Origin: a virus
Length of the DNA: 64,000 nucleotides
Direction: 5' to 3' (one strand)
IMG/VR virus record: IMGVR_UViG_3300021963_009388
Coordinates: 1 to 64,000 of that record
Positions 56,688 to 64,000 of the stretch are shown in pieces. Each line of letters begins with the position of its first letter. The stretch's first letter is position 1. Made by a program: the position numbers and the translations under genes. The notes below the pieces were generated by a model, which ran no database searches, was not told where the DNA came from, and saw only the letters and a list, made by a program, of their open reading frames with translations.

Positions 56688-57938
56688 ATGCCATTTTTTT
56701 CAATAATTACTCCCACTCATAATACTAAGTACCTATTGAGGGCAGCTGACTCTTTAGCAAGTCAGACCTTTAAAGACTTTGAGTGGATCATCATGCCTAA
56801 TGGGGACGCTGTTCTTCCAGATCTAGATAGGCTACCTAATCATAAAATAGTCAATCCAAGTGACCCTAGATCAAAAGCTATAGGCCTGTATAAGAAGGAA
56901 TGCTGTGAAGTAGCTAAGGGTAACATTCTTGTAGAGCTAGACCACGATGATGAGCTAACTCCTGATTGCCTCGAAGAGCTGCATGCCGCGTTCTCGGCTG
57001 ACCCTGAGCTAGACTTTGCTTACTCTAACGACGCAGATCTAGACCAGAACTTTGAGCCATTTGCATATGGCAAGGCTTTTGGATGGGATGATAGGCCTTT
57101 CTCATATAAAGGCAGAATCATTAAAGAACAGTTATCGTTTCCGCCTACAGCTGCTTCATTCTCTAGAATATGGTATGCCCCTAATCATGTAAGGGCTTGG
57201 AAGAAGTCCTTCTATGATCGCATAGGCGGGCACAACATAACCATGGAGGTTCTTGACGACCAAGACCTTCTAGCTAGAACTTACATTCAAGGTAAGGTAA
57301 AGCTAATAAACAAATGCCTGTATATTTATTACAGACACCCTGAGAACACTTGCTACGGCGATAAGAACGCCTTTATACAGACAGAGACATTGAACATTCA
57401 TGATAAGTATATCTATGCCCTTGCAGAAAAGTGGTCGGACCTCAATGGGTTACTTAAAGTTGATCTGTGTGGTGGTATAGGTAAAGCCCCAGGGTACATG
57501 TCAATTGACTTACACTCAGCAGATATAGTACACGACCTCAATGAGCCATGGCCCTTTAGCGAAGGATCTGTAGGTGTCATAAGAGCTCATGATGCGCTTG
57601 AGCACCTTAAGAACCCAATACACGTTATGAAGGAAGCATATAGAGTACTAAAGCCTATGGGCTGGTTTCTTACGCTAACTCCTTCTACAGATGGAAGAGG
57701 AGCCTTTCAAGATCCTACGCACATATCTTTCTGGAACAGTAATAGCTTTTGGTACTATACTAGAGCAGAGACAGCTCAGTACATAGGTACACCTGTAAGA
57801 TTTCAAGCAGCTAGAATAAACAACTTGTTTCCTAGCCAGTACTGCAAGACTCATAATATAGCTTATGTTAAGGCAGATCTTATACGACTCCCAGATCGCA
57901 GCTCTGGAATAAGAGTTCCAGGCGGAGTTAATATTTAA
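56688..57938 (+). CDS. GT2 glycosyltransferase fused to a SAM methyltransferase
   Basis: SIITPTHN, ELDHDD; DLCGG, HDALEH, QDPTH. Confidence 0.85.
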   Translation: MPFFSIITPTHNTKYLLRAADSLASQTFKDFEWIIMPNGDAVLPDLDRLPNHKIVNPSDPRSKAIGLYKKECCEVAKGNILVELDHDDELTPDCLEELHAAFSADPELDFAYSNDADLDQNFEPFAYGKAFGWDDRPFSYKGRIIKEQLSFPPTAASFSRIWYAPNHVRAWKKSFYDRIGGHNITMEVLDDQDLLARTYIQGKVKLINKCLYIYYRHPENTCYGDKNAFIQTETLNIHDKYIYALAEKWSDLNGLLKVDLCGGIGKAPGYMSIDLHSADIVHDLNEPWPFSEGSVGVIRAHDALEHLKNPIHVMKEAYRVLKPMGWFLTLTPSTDGRGAFQDPTHISFWNSNSFWYYTRAETAQYIGTPVRFQAARINNLFPSQYCKTHNIAYVKADLIRLPDRSSGIRVPGGVNI

Positions 57939-57946
57939 TTAGGAGA

Positions 57947-58741
57947 ATGAACATGCCTACAGGCCCTATTCGGATTTTCGTAGGAACAGAGGAAAAGACC
58001 AAAGTTCCTTTTGATGTGTTGTCTAGCTCTATAAAGAAATGGGCTTCAGTGCCTGTTGAGATAACTCCTATGATAGGCCCTAAGTGGACTGTACCTAAAG
58101 GGTTACATCAAGGAACAGGGTTTAGCCTTCGTCGGTTTATGATACCCGCTGCCTGCAACTTTGAAGGGTTTGCTATATACCTAGACGCGGACCAACTCTT
58201 GTTTAGCGATATAGCTGAGTTGTGGGAATACGCTAACCTTCTTACTGATAAGAGGTCAGTAGGATGCACATATCAAACAGACAAGTTTAGCTTAAAGAAT
58301 CCATGGCCTCAGTCTTCAGTAATGATAATTGACTGCGCTAACTGCGGCTGGGTTCCTGAAGAAATATGGAACCTACTTAGAGGCGGCTATCCTTATCATG
58401 ATCTTATGCACCTTATGTTCATGAGAGGTAAAGATACCTCCAAGCCAATAGATGACTTTGTTCTACGAATACCCAATTACTGGAACCACTTAAACACTTA
58501 TGAAGACACAGTCACTAGGCTGCTTCATTATACTAAGGAGCCTGAGCAGCCATGGTACAAGCCTGAGCACTCTTTGGCTAGGTTATGGGAAACCGCTTTA
58601 GGTAAAGCCATAGCCAATGGTGAAGTATACAAGGCTGACTTTGTTGCCGGGCTAAAGCTATGGCACGGCCCCAAAATAGACAAGCGACCTAAACAGGGCC
58701 TAAACCCTTATTACGAAAGGTACTTACCCAAGTTTAAGTAG
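57947..58741 (+). CDS. GT8-like glycosyltransferase
   Basis: TGFSLRRF, YLDAD, SSVM, WNHL, LHYT, QPW. Confidence 0.75.
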   Translation: MNMPTGPIRIFVGTEEKTKVPFDVLSSSIKKWASVPVEITPMIGPKWTVPKGLHQGTGFSLRRFMIPAACNFEGFAIYLDADQLLFSDIAELWEYANLLTDKRSVGCTYQTDKFSLKNPWPQSSVMIIDCANCGWVPEEIWNLLRGGYPYHDLMHLMFMRGKDTSKPIDDFVLRIPNYWNHLNTYEDTVTRLLHYTKEPEQPWYKPEHSLARLWETALGKAIANGEVYKADFVAGLKLWHGPKIDKRPKQGLNPYYERYLPKFK

Positions 58742-58747
58742 GGCAAA

Positions 58748-59461
58748 GTGTTAATAAGCAAACTATATAAGAAACATGTAGGCGAAGACATATATGTGGT
58801 AGGCACAGGGCCCACTGGAAGGCTGCTGCCTTCGTCTTTCTTCAACTCTAAAACATGCATAGGCCTTAACCAGGCCTATAAGCAATTCAGCTTAACCTAC
58901 AGCATAACGGCTCATCCTGAACTAGAGGTAGAGTACTGCGAACTAGCTAAAGTTAAAGCTGCTAATGTTACTAAGTGGATAGTAAAGCATAAAGCCCCAA
59001 CGTACTTAAAGCTATATGACTCAACACGTTACGTCTTTCATACCTCAACATCCTGGGATGACTTTATAGGCAAAGACCCTGACAAACTATTTCTAGGCAG
59101 AGGAATACAGCAGACAGCCATAGATATAGCCGTTAGAATGGGCGCAGCGAATGTAATATTAGTCGGGGTTGACATGGACTCGTTAGGCGGAGATCATCAC
59201 GGGCATGATCAGCATGTGCGGTTTCAGGGTTTAAACCCTAAAGAAGCTTACAGAGAATATAGGCTTTGGACATATAAAGCGAAGAAGTTAGCTAGAGAAA
59301 AAGCTGGAGTTAATGTACTATCATTATCGCCCTTGTTGGGCTGCGGTGGAGATATACACCAAGAGGACTATGTTAAAGTTAGAAAAGAGCTCGGGCTTAC
59401 GGAGCTGCCTAAGCCTAAAGATATATCAAACATTAAGCGTAAATCTATAGATTTACCTTGA
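58748..59461 (+). CDS. DUF115/Maf-like sugar transferase
   Basis: VVGTGPT, IGLN, MGAANVILVGVD. Confidence 0.65.
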   Translation: MLISKLYKKHVGEDIYVVGTGPTGRLLPSSFFNSKTCIGLNQAYKQFSLTYSITAHPELEVEYCELAKVKAANVTKWIVKHKAPTYLKLYDSTRYVFHTSTSWDDFIGKDPDKLFLGRGIQQTAIDIAVRMGAANVILVGVDMDSLGGDHHGHDQHVRFQGLNPKEAYREYRLWTYKAKKLAREKAGVNVLSLSPLLGCGGDIHQEDYVKVRKELGLTELPKPKDISNIKRKSIDLP

Positions 59462-59492
59462 GCTACTAGACCTTTTAATCAAGGAGTTGGAC

Positions 59493-60668
59493 ATGGCAAG
59501 TAGATACGACAATCTTAGTGTGGCTATTGAGGCCACAATTAACATTAGCAAGAAGACTAAGCCCTACAGAATAGTAGACATCGGAGTGGGTAGCGGCTCC
59601 AAGGCTGAGCTCATGGTTAAACTAGCTAAGAAGCTGGGAAGATCCAACATTGAATACTATGGGTTTGACTTTTTTGAAGACGTTACTGACCTTGTAGCAT
59701 CCAGCGAGTTTGCTCTTGGAATAGGCGTAAGCAGAGATAAGGCCAGGGAAATGGTTTTAAAGTCTGGAGCTGCAAAGGCTCAGCTCATTAAAGGCAACAC
59801 TAATCAAACTCTTGCTCAGGCTAAGAAAGACATACCTATCGCAGCTGTAGTGTGCGTAGATGGAGGAGCCTCTCCTACCACAATAGCAAATGACATTGAA
59901 AACGCCCTAAGCTTTTGCTCTGAAGGCACTTACATGGTTATAACCAACTGTATTTCTTCGACCTACTACAGAGGATCTGCCTTCATCATTAAGTCAGCTG
60001 CTATGCTTAAGAAAGAGTACAGCATCACTATTGAAGAAGCAGGCCCAGTAGACGTAGTAAGTGATAAGTATTCAGATGGCACTATAGCCATTAGCTGTAT
60101 CATTCTAAAGTGCGCAGCTCAGCTTACTCCAGCAAAGTTAGAAGGCTTAGCTCACAAGCTATTAGTGGAGGCGTCTCCACAAGCTGACCCTGAGCCACAA
60201 GAGTATGTTCCCGAAGTAAGCTTTGTTCCAGAACCACCTAAGGAAATACCTGTTGAACAGGAGGCCAGCGCACCTGCTGGAGAGTCATTTCCCCAGAGTT
60301 GCAGTGGTGATACCGACGTACAATCAGTTCGAGTATGCGAAAATAGCTGTGGAAAGTTGCCTGAAGAACACTGCGAATTGCCTAGTGATTCTTGTGGACG
60401 ACGGGAGTCCTCAGTGGAACCCTGCGGACTGGTCAAAGTATCCGAAGAGCCAGATGCTAATACACCGGTTCCCGAAGAACGACAAGAACCTGACTCGGTC
60501 GTGGAACAAGGGAATACAGATAGCACTGCAGAACAAGTGCCAGATAATAGTGGCAGCGAACTCAGACCTGAAGTTCCCCCCGAACTGGACAAAGGGAATA
60601 ATAGAAACGCTAGACGCAGGCGCAGGCGCGGTGGGGCCGATGACGAACGCTCCGGGGCACAGGACTAG
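59493..60668 (+). CDS. class I SAM methyltransferase with low-complexity tail
   Basis: DIGVGSG, YYGFDFF, LIKGNT, VDGG. Confidence 0.7.
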   Translation: MASRYDNLSVAIEATINISKKTKPYRIVDIGVGSGSKAELMVKLAKKLGRSNIEYYGFDFFEDVTDLVASSEFALGIGVSRDKAREMVLKSGAAKAQLIKGNTNQTLAQAKKDIPIAAVVCVDGGASPTTIANDIENALSFCSEGTYMVITNCISSTYYRGSAFIIKSAAMLKKEYSITIEEAGPVDVVSDKYSDGTIAISCIILKCAAQLTPAKLEGLAHKLLVEASPQADPEPQEYVPEVSFVPEPPKEIPVEQEASAPAGESFPQSCSGDTDVQSVRVCENSCGKLPEEHCELPSDSCGRRESSVEPCGLVKVSEEPDANTPVPEERQEPDSVVEQGNTDSTAEQVPDNSGSELRPEVPPELDKGNNRNARRRRRRGGADDERSGAQD

Positions 60669-61026
60669 GCAGAACGTTAAGCATTGTATTCCTAACTACA
60701 AAGTTAAAGACTCAGACGGGCACATTGCTAATGTCTCGTCTGAGTTAATTAAAAACCATACTGGAAGAGTAGACAAAGGCCCATTGAATGGTTTCTGCAT
60801 AGCTGCCAAGGCAGCTACATGGAAAGCTGGGGCTTTTGCTTTTCCAGAGCATTTCTTTAATCCTAAGTTTAAGATGACCCGCAATGAAGATGAGCTTATG
60901 GGAAGGTGGAAGAAGCAAGGCATAAGCAGCTTAATAGCATGTTCAAGCTTTGTCTTTCATTACAGGGGAGTAACTAGGCGCCCTAGTGGAAAAGGAGCAG
61001 GTAGTGGTAACCTGAGAATAAAATGA
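60223..61026 (+). CDS. GT2 glycosyltransferase
   Basis: VVIPTYN, LVDDGS, SWNKG, NSD, VFHY; start uncertain. Confidence 0.8.
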   Translation: MFQNHLRKYLLNRRPAHLLESHFPRVAVVIPTYNQFEYAKIAVESCLKNTANCLVILVDDGSPQWNPADWSKYPKSQMLIHRFPKNDKNLTRSWNKGIQIALQNKCQIIVAANSDLKFPPNWTKGIIETLDAGAGAVGPMTNAPGHRTRQNVKHCIPNYKVKDSDGHIANVSSELIKNHTGRVDKGPLNGFCIAAKAATWKAGAFAFPEHFFNPKFKMTRNEDELMGRWKKQGISSLIACSSFVFHYRGVTRRPSGKGAGSGNLRIK

Positions 61027-61244
61027 ATAAGAAAAAGAAATTAGGCTCAAAGCTTAGATGCAGAGTAGCTAAGAAAAAACCAGCAGAGAAGATAGTAATA
61101 GCTAGAAAGGCAAGAGTATCTTCTAAAAGCTCAGATGACGGCATGAGCATAAAGGCAGTCAAAGCGCCTATCGTGAGGGCCAAGCGCGTTTCATCTGGGT
61201 CGTCTGATCAGCCTAAGCCCATAGATGACGGCTTAGTCCAATGA
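61023..61244 (+). CDS. small basic protein
   Basis: ATGA-coupled on both sides. Confidence 0.55.
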   Translation: MNKKKKLGSKLRCRVAKKKPAEKIVIARKARVSSKSSDDGMSIKAVKAPIVRAKRVSSGSSDQPKPIDDGLVQ

Positions 61245-61867
61245 GGAATTGGAAGTCAAAGACTAACATTCCTGCTAGTGCCAAGATAGGCATATCTTTA
61301 GTTACCTATCATCAAGGGCATTGCTTAGCTTCTCTAATACATTCTATAAAAGCTCAAACCTATAAAAATTACTACATACACATAATGCACGATGGCCCAT
61401 GGTCGTCTGAGTATAACAGAGCCATATGCTTAAAGGCTGTAGATGGAGACCCTAGGTTCTTTGTAGGCTGCACTGAAACGAGAGCCAATAAGTTTGGCCA
61501 TAACATGCGACAGGCAGGATTTGACGCTGCTATCAAAGAGGGCTGTGATTGGATAGGCACTATGAATGGAGATTGCTGGTATGTTCCTGTTTACTTTGAG
61601 TGGATGCTTGGATCAGCCTATAGCATAAAGGCTAGCTTTGTTTACTGTAACATGGTACACAGTCATACCTTATGGGGAAGTGTAAAGACTTCTATAGCTA
61701 GGGGTAAGATAGACGGAGGCGGATTCCTTATGCGTAAGTCTCTATGTGATACTGTAAAGTGGACGAGCACTGAATTCGCTGCTGACTGGTTCTATATAGA
61801 TAAGCTCAAAAACAAGCCTGGTTTCGTTCCAGCAAAAGTGGATGGTTATCTGTTCACTCACAACTAG
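61241..61867 (+). CDS. GT2-like glycosyltransferase
   Basis: QTYKN, MHDGP, FGHNMR, ADW. Confidence 0.75.
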   Translation: MRNWKSKTNIPASAKIGISLVTYHQGHCLASLIHSIKAQTYKNYYIHIMHDGPWSSEYNRAICLKAVDGDPRFFVGCTETRANKFGHNMRQAGFDAAIKEGCDWIGTMNGDCWYVPVYFEWMLGSAYSIKASFVYCNMVHSHTLWGSVKTSIARGKIDGGGFLMRKSLCDTVKWTSTEFAADWFYIDKLKNKPGFVPAKVDGYLFTHN

Positions 61868-61875
61868 GTTAAACT

Positions 61876-62919
61876 ATGAAGATAGGGTTTGATGTACAGT
61901 ATAAGCTTCATGACGCAGTCTATGCGGCTTTAAGACTGTCTGATTCCCTAAAGGCTTTAGGCTACGAAACAACTCTGTACAGTAAGCTTAAGAAGAAGCA
62001 CATATACGGCTGTGACTGGGACTCTCTAGTTACTACGCCAGAAGACATGTCTTACGAAGAGTGGCTCAAGACTATTACTCATATCATTTGGCCTGTTCCA
62101 CCCAACAAAGATACGGTCAAGAAGGTTGGTAAGAATATAGTAACTATAGCTTTAGCGCCATGGGACTGCCTGCCATCTTACACCAAGGGCTCACTTAAGC
62201 TATGTGCTCACATTGTATCCACCTGTAGTGAGAACACCAAAGTACTTAAAGCTGGATCCAGCCTTACCAACATATCCACTATAGAGTGGGATAGCTTCAT
62301 ACCTATTACGCACAAAGCCTCTGGAAGCGTAGACTTAAATAACCCAAAGGTGCTTATACCTCTTCACTCAAGCCAAGGCCTTCGATGCGACCTTGACTCT
62401 TTGTTTGATATCATCGAAGGGGTAATCAGCGGGTGCCCAAAGGCTAGAATATTTATATCGTATAGCCTTAAGTCTATTCCCTGGGAGATATCAAAAGAGC
62501 TAAGAGTATTTGTTCGCAAGCACAACACTAGCGTAAGCTTAGTATTAGACGCAGCCACCTGTGTTAGCTCACTGCTTCTATATGGTAGTCATGACATAGT
62601 GCTGTGGCCTGCAGAGATAGAAGGGTTCGGCTTAGTAGGCGTAGAGTCGATATACATGGGAACTCCTGTAATTGCTTATGATGTGCCTCCTATGTCTGAT
62701 ATAGTGATAGACGGAATTAATGGAGTTCTAGTTCCCTGTAAGCATGGAGGGGCTGCCAACAATATAGTATTTGCAGAGCCTAATGCTTATAATTTCATAG
62801 ATAAGTCAGTAGACGCTATAAACAATAAGCTGGTTGAATTGAACAAGCACACGAAGACAGGCAAGAAGTCAAAGCGAAGTAAGTTCAACTCAGCATGGAA
62901 GAAGATCATAGAGGGCTAA
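61876..62919 (+). CDS. GT4 (GT-B) glycosyltransferase
   Basis: EGFGLVGVES..GTPVI..GINGVLV. Confidence 0.8.
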   Translation: MKIGFDVQYKLHDAVYAALRLSDSLKALGYETTLYSKLKKKHIYGCDWDSLVTTPEDMSYEEWLKTITHIIWPVPPNKDTVKKVGKNIVTIALAPWDCLPSYTKGSLKLCAHIVSTCSENTKVLKAGSSLTNISTIEWDSFIPITHKASGSVDLNNPKVLIPLHSSQGLRCDLDSLFDIIEGVISGCPKARIFISYSLKSIPWEISKELRVFVRKHNTSVSLVLDAATCVSSLLLYGSHDIVLWPAEIEGFGLVGVESIYMGTPVIAYDVPPMSDIVIDGINGVLVPCKHGGAANNIVFAEPNAYNFIDKSVDAINNKLVELNKHTKTGKKSKRSKFNSAWKKIIEG

Positions 62920-62922
62920 CAC

Positions 62923-63288
62923 ATGGATGTTCTAGCTGTACGACAAGAAGAGAAGCTATGGGGCCGCAACCATATCATTCATTTGGATAACTCCTTTCAG
63001 ATCTGCCACATACACATCCTCAAAGGTGGATACTGCTCTAATCACTTTCACCAGCATAAGTGGAATCAATTCTATATTGTCTCGGGTAAGCTGGTGGTTA
63101 TCTGCTACAACCCAGACGGCACTACAAAGAGCACCATCACTCTTAGGCCTACCGAGTGCATTAAGATACCTCCTGGTTTAAACCATAAGTTTGAAGCTTT
63201 AGAAGAGACTGAAGCTTTGGAGATCTATTGGTCTGAGCTATCTGAGCACGATATTGTGCGTACAGACATAGGTGGCATCAAGGCTTAA
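62923..63288 (+). CDS. cupin domain protein (sugar isomerase-like)
   Basis: SNHFHQHK, IPPGLNHKF. Confidence 0.8.
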   Translation: MDVLAVRQEEKLWGRNHIIHLDNSFQICHIHILKGGYCSNHFHQHKWNQFYIVSGKLVVICYNPDGTTKSTITLRPTECIKIPPGLNHKFEALEETEALEIYWSELSEHDIVRTDIGGIKA

Positions 63289-63312
63289 TTCAGCCCATAA
63301 TAGCGTCATAAT
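63284..63312 (+). promoter_or_regulatory. repeated promoter-like motif, copy 3
   Basis: CTTAATTC-N11-GCGTCATAAT. Confidence 0.7.
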
Positions 63313-63350
63313 GAAGTGAGTACGTAACTATTTAATAAGAGGAGTGCATT

Positions 63351-63554
63351 ATGCACGGATTTTACCAGTCGGTTGACGCTTCTAGAATACCAGCAGACCT
63401 GGGCATCGAAAGATGCCCGGTATGCAAAGGCATCGCTCGAAACTCAACGCTTGCATGTTCGACATGCAAGCGTGACGCAAAGCTCTGCCCTAAGTTTGCT
63501 CAAAAAGTAAAAGATACTGAAAAACTAAATGGCTGGAGCGACATAGTCGCCTAG
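63351..63554 (+). CDS. small Zn-finger protein
   Basis: GAGGAG SD; CPVC...CSTC. Confidence 0.65.
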   Translation: MHGFYQSVDASRIPADLGIERCPVCKGIARNSTLACSTCKRDAKLCPKFAQKVKDTEKLNGWSDIVA

Positions 63555-63609
63555 CCATTCGTCCTGAGCAGGACGTTAACTTGCTCTTTTTTTAGCTATC
63601 AGCCATCCC

Positions 63610-63638
63610 CTTAATTCAACCTATAAGTGCGTCATAAT
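63610..63638 (+). promoter_or_regulatory. repeated promoter-like motif, copy 4
   Basis: CTTAATTC-N11-GCGTCATAAT. Confidence 0.7.
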
Positions 63639-63639
63639 A

Positions 63640-64000
63640 TAATGATACCGATAGGTATCGATGGTCCCATCGAGATAGCGACCTTAAAAGTACTCGTAAG
63701 CCCAACTGATTGTTCCATCAGGTTGGTAATATGGCCTAGGAACTTTATTAACGTCCATGCATGACGTTAAACTGCAGGTTCCCACTGACTGACAGTGGGC
63801 GGCTACCGGCCGGGGACGGATGTGGATGAAACTTCCACACTACGCCAAGTAACTACTGGCGTAGAATTTATCGGCATCTTAGTGAGGTGCACGTCTTGAG
63901 CAGGACGTTAAACTGCTTCATTTGAAGCTTATCGCTGGTGTCCTTAGTAAGACGTTAAACTGCTAACTGACCAATGAAGGCCCCACGGCCTAAGAACAGT
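63640..64000 (+). ncRNA. putative structured non-coding RNA (runs off the window)
   Basis: No ORF in the track; many consecutive hairpins and three GTC...GACGTTAAACTGC motifs. Confidence 0.45.

Noticed and set aside
63640-64000. tRNA genes or a known ribozyme
   Set aside because: I could not recognise a cloverleaf, T-loop consensus or complete ribozyme core by eye.

Overview
This window looks like part of a large lytic dsDNA phage genome (inference): it is gene-dense, almost all on the + strand, and uses the standard code. Several protein styles hint at a Planctomycetota-like host, which is a weak inference. Left to right: (1) 1411-9206 is a translationally coupled tandem array of about 34 short Ser/Trp-rich peptide genes, most starting MIRK/MIRR, with four globular genes embedded (including DUF6745-like, QGD/GHxH and Sm-like). 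(2) 9381-11255 is a stand-alone Cas7/RAMP-like gene plus an accessory gene, a structured leader and a non-coding GC-rich array of GGY-NN pentamers punctuated by GGCA into 12 units. This is a candidate RNA-guided system; an orphan mini-array sits at 14838. (3) Accessory genes include a possible selenoprotein, a gene between perfect 35-bp inverted repeats, a sulfotransferase, glycosyltransferases, an RGP-family protein and csrA. (4) The replication/recombination block has SbcD/SbcC, SF2 helicase, DnaB-like helicase, primase, UDG-fused family A polymerase, DenV-like glycosylase, RecA-like, DEDDh exonuclease and RuvC-like genes. (5) Small cassettes follow a repeated promoter motif, then a putative portal gene, a glycan-modification cluster and a structured non-coding end. 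A 16-bp palindrome (GTGGAGACGTCTCCAC) recurs 8 times across the window. All assignments come from motif recognition by eye; no searches were run.
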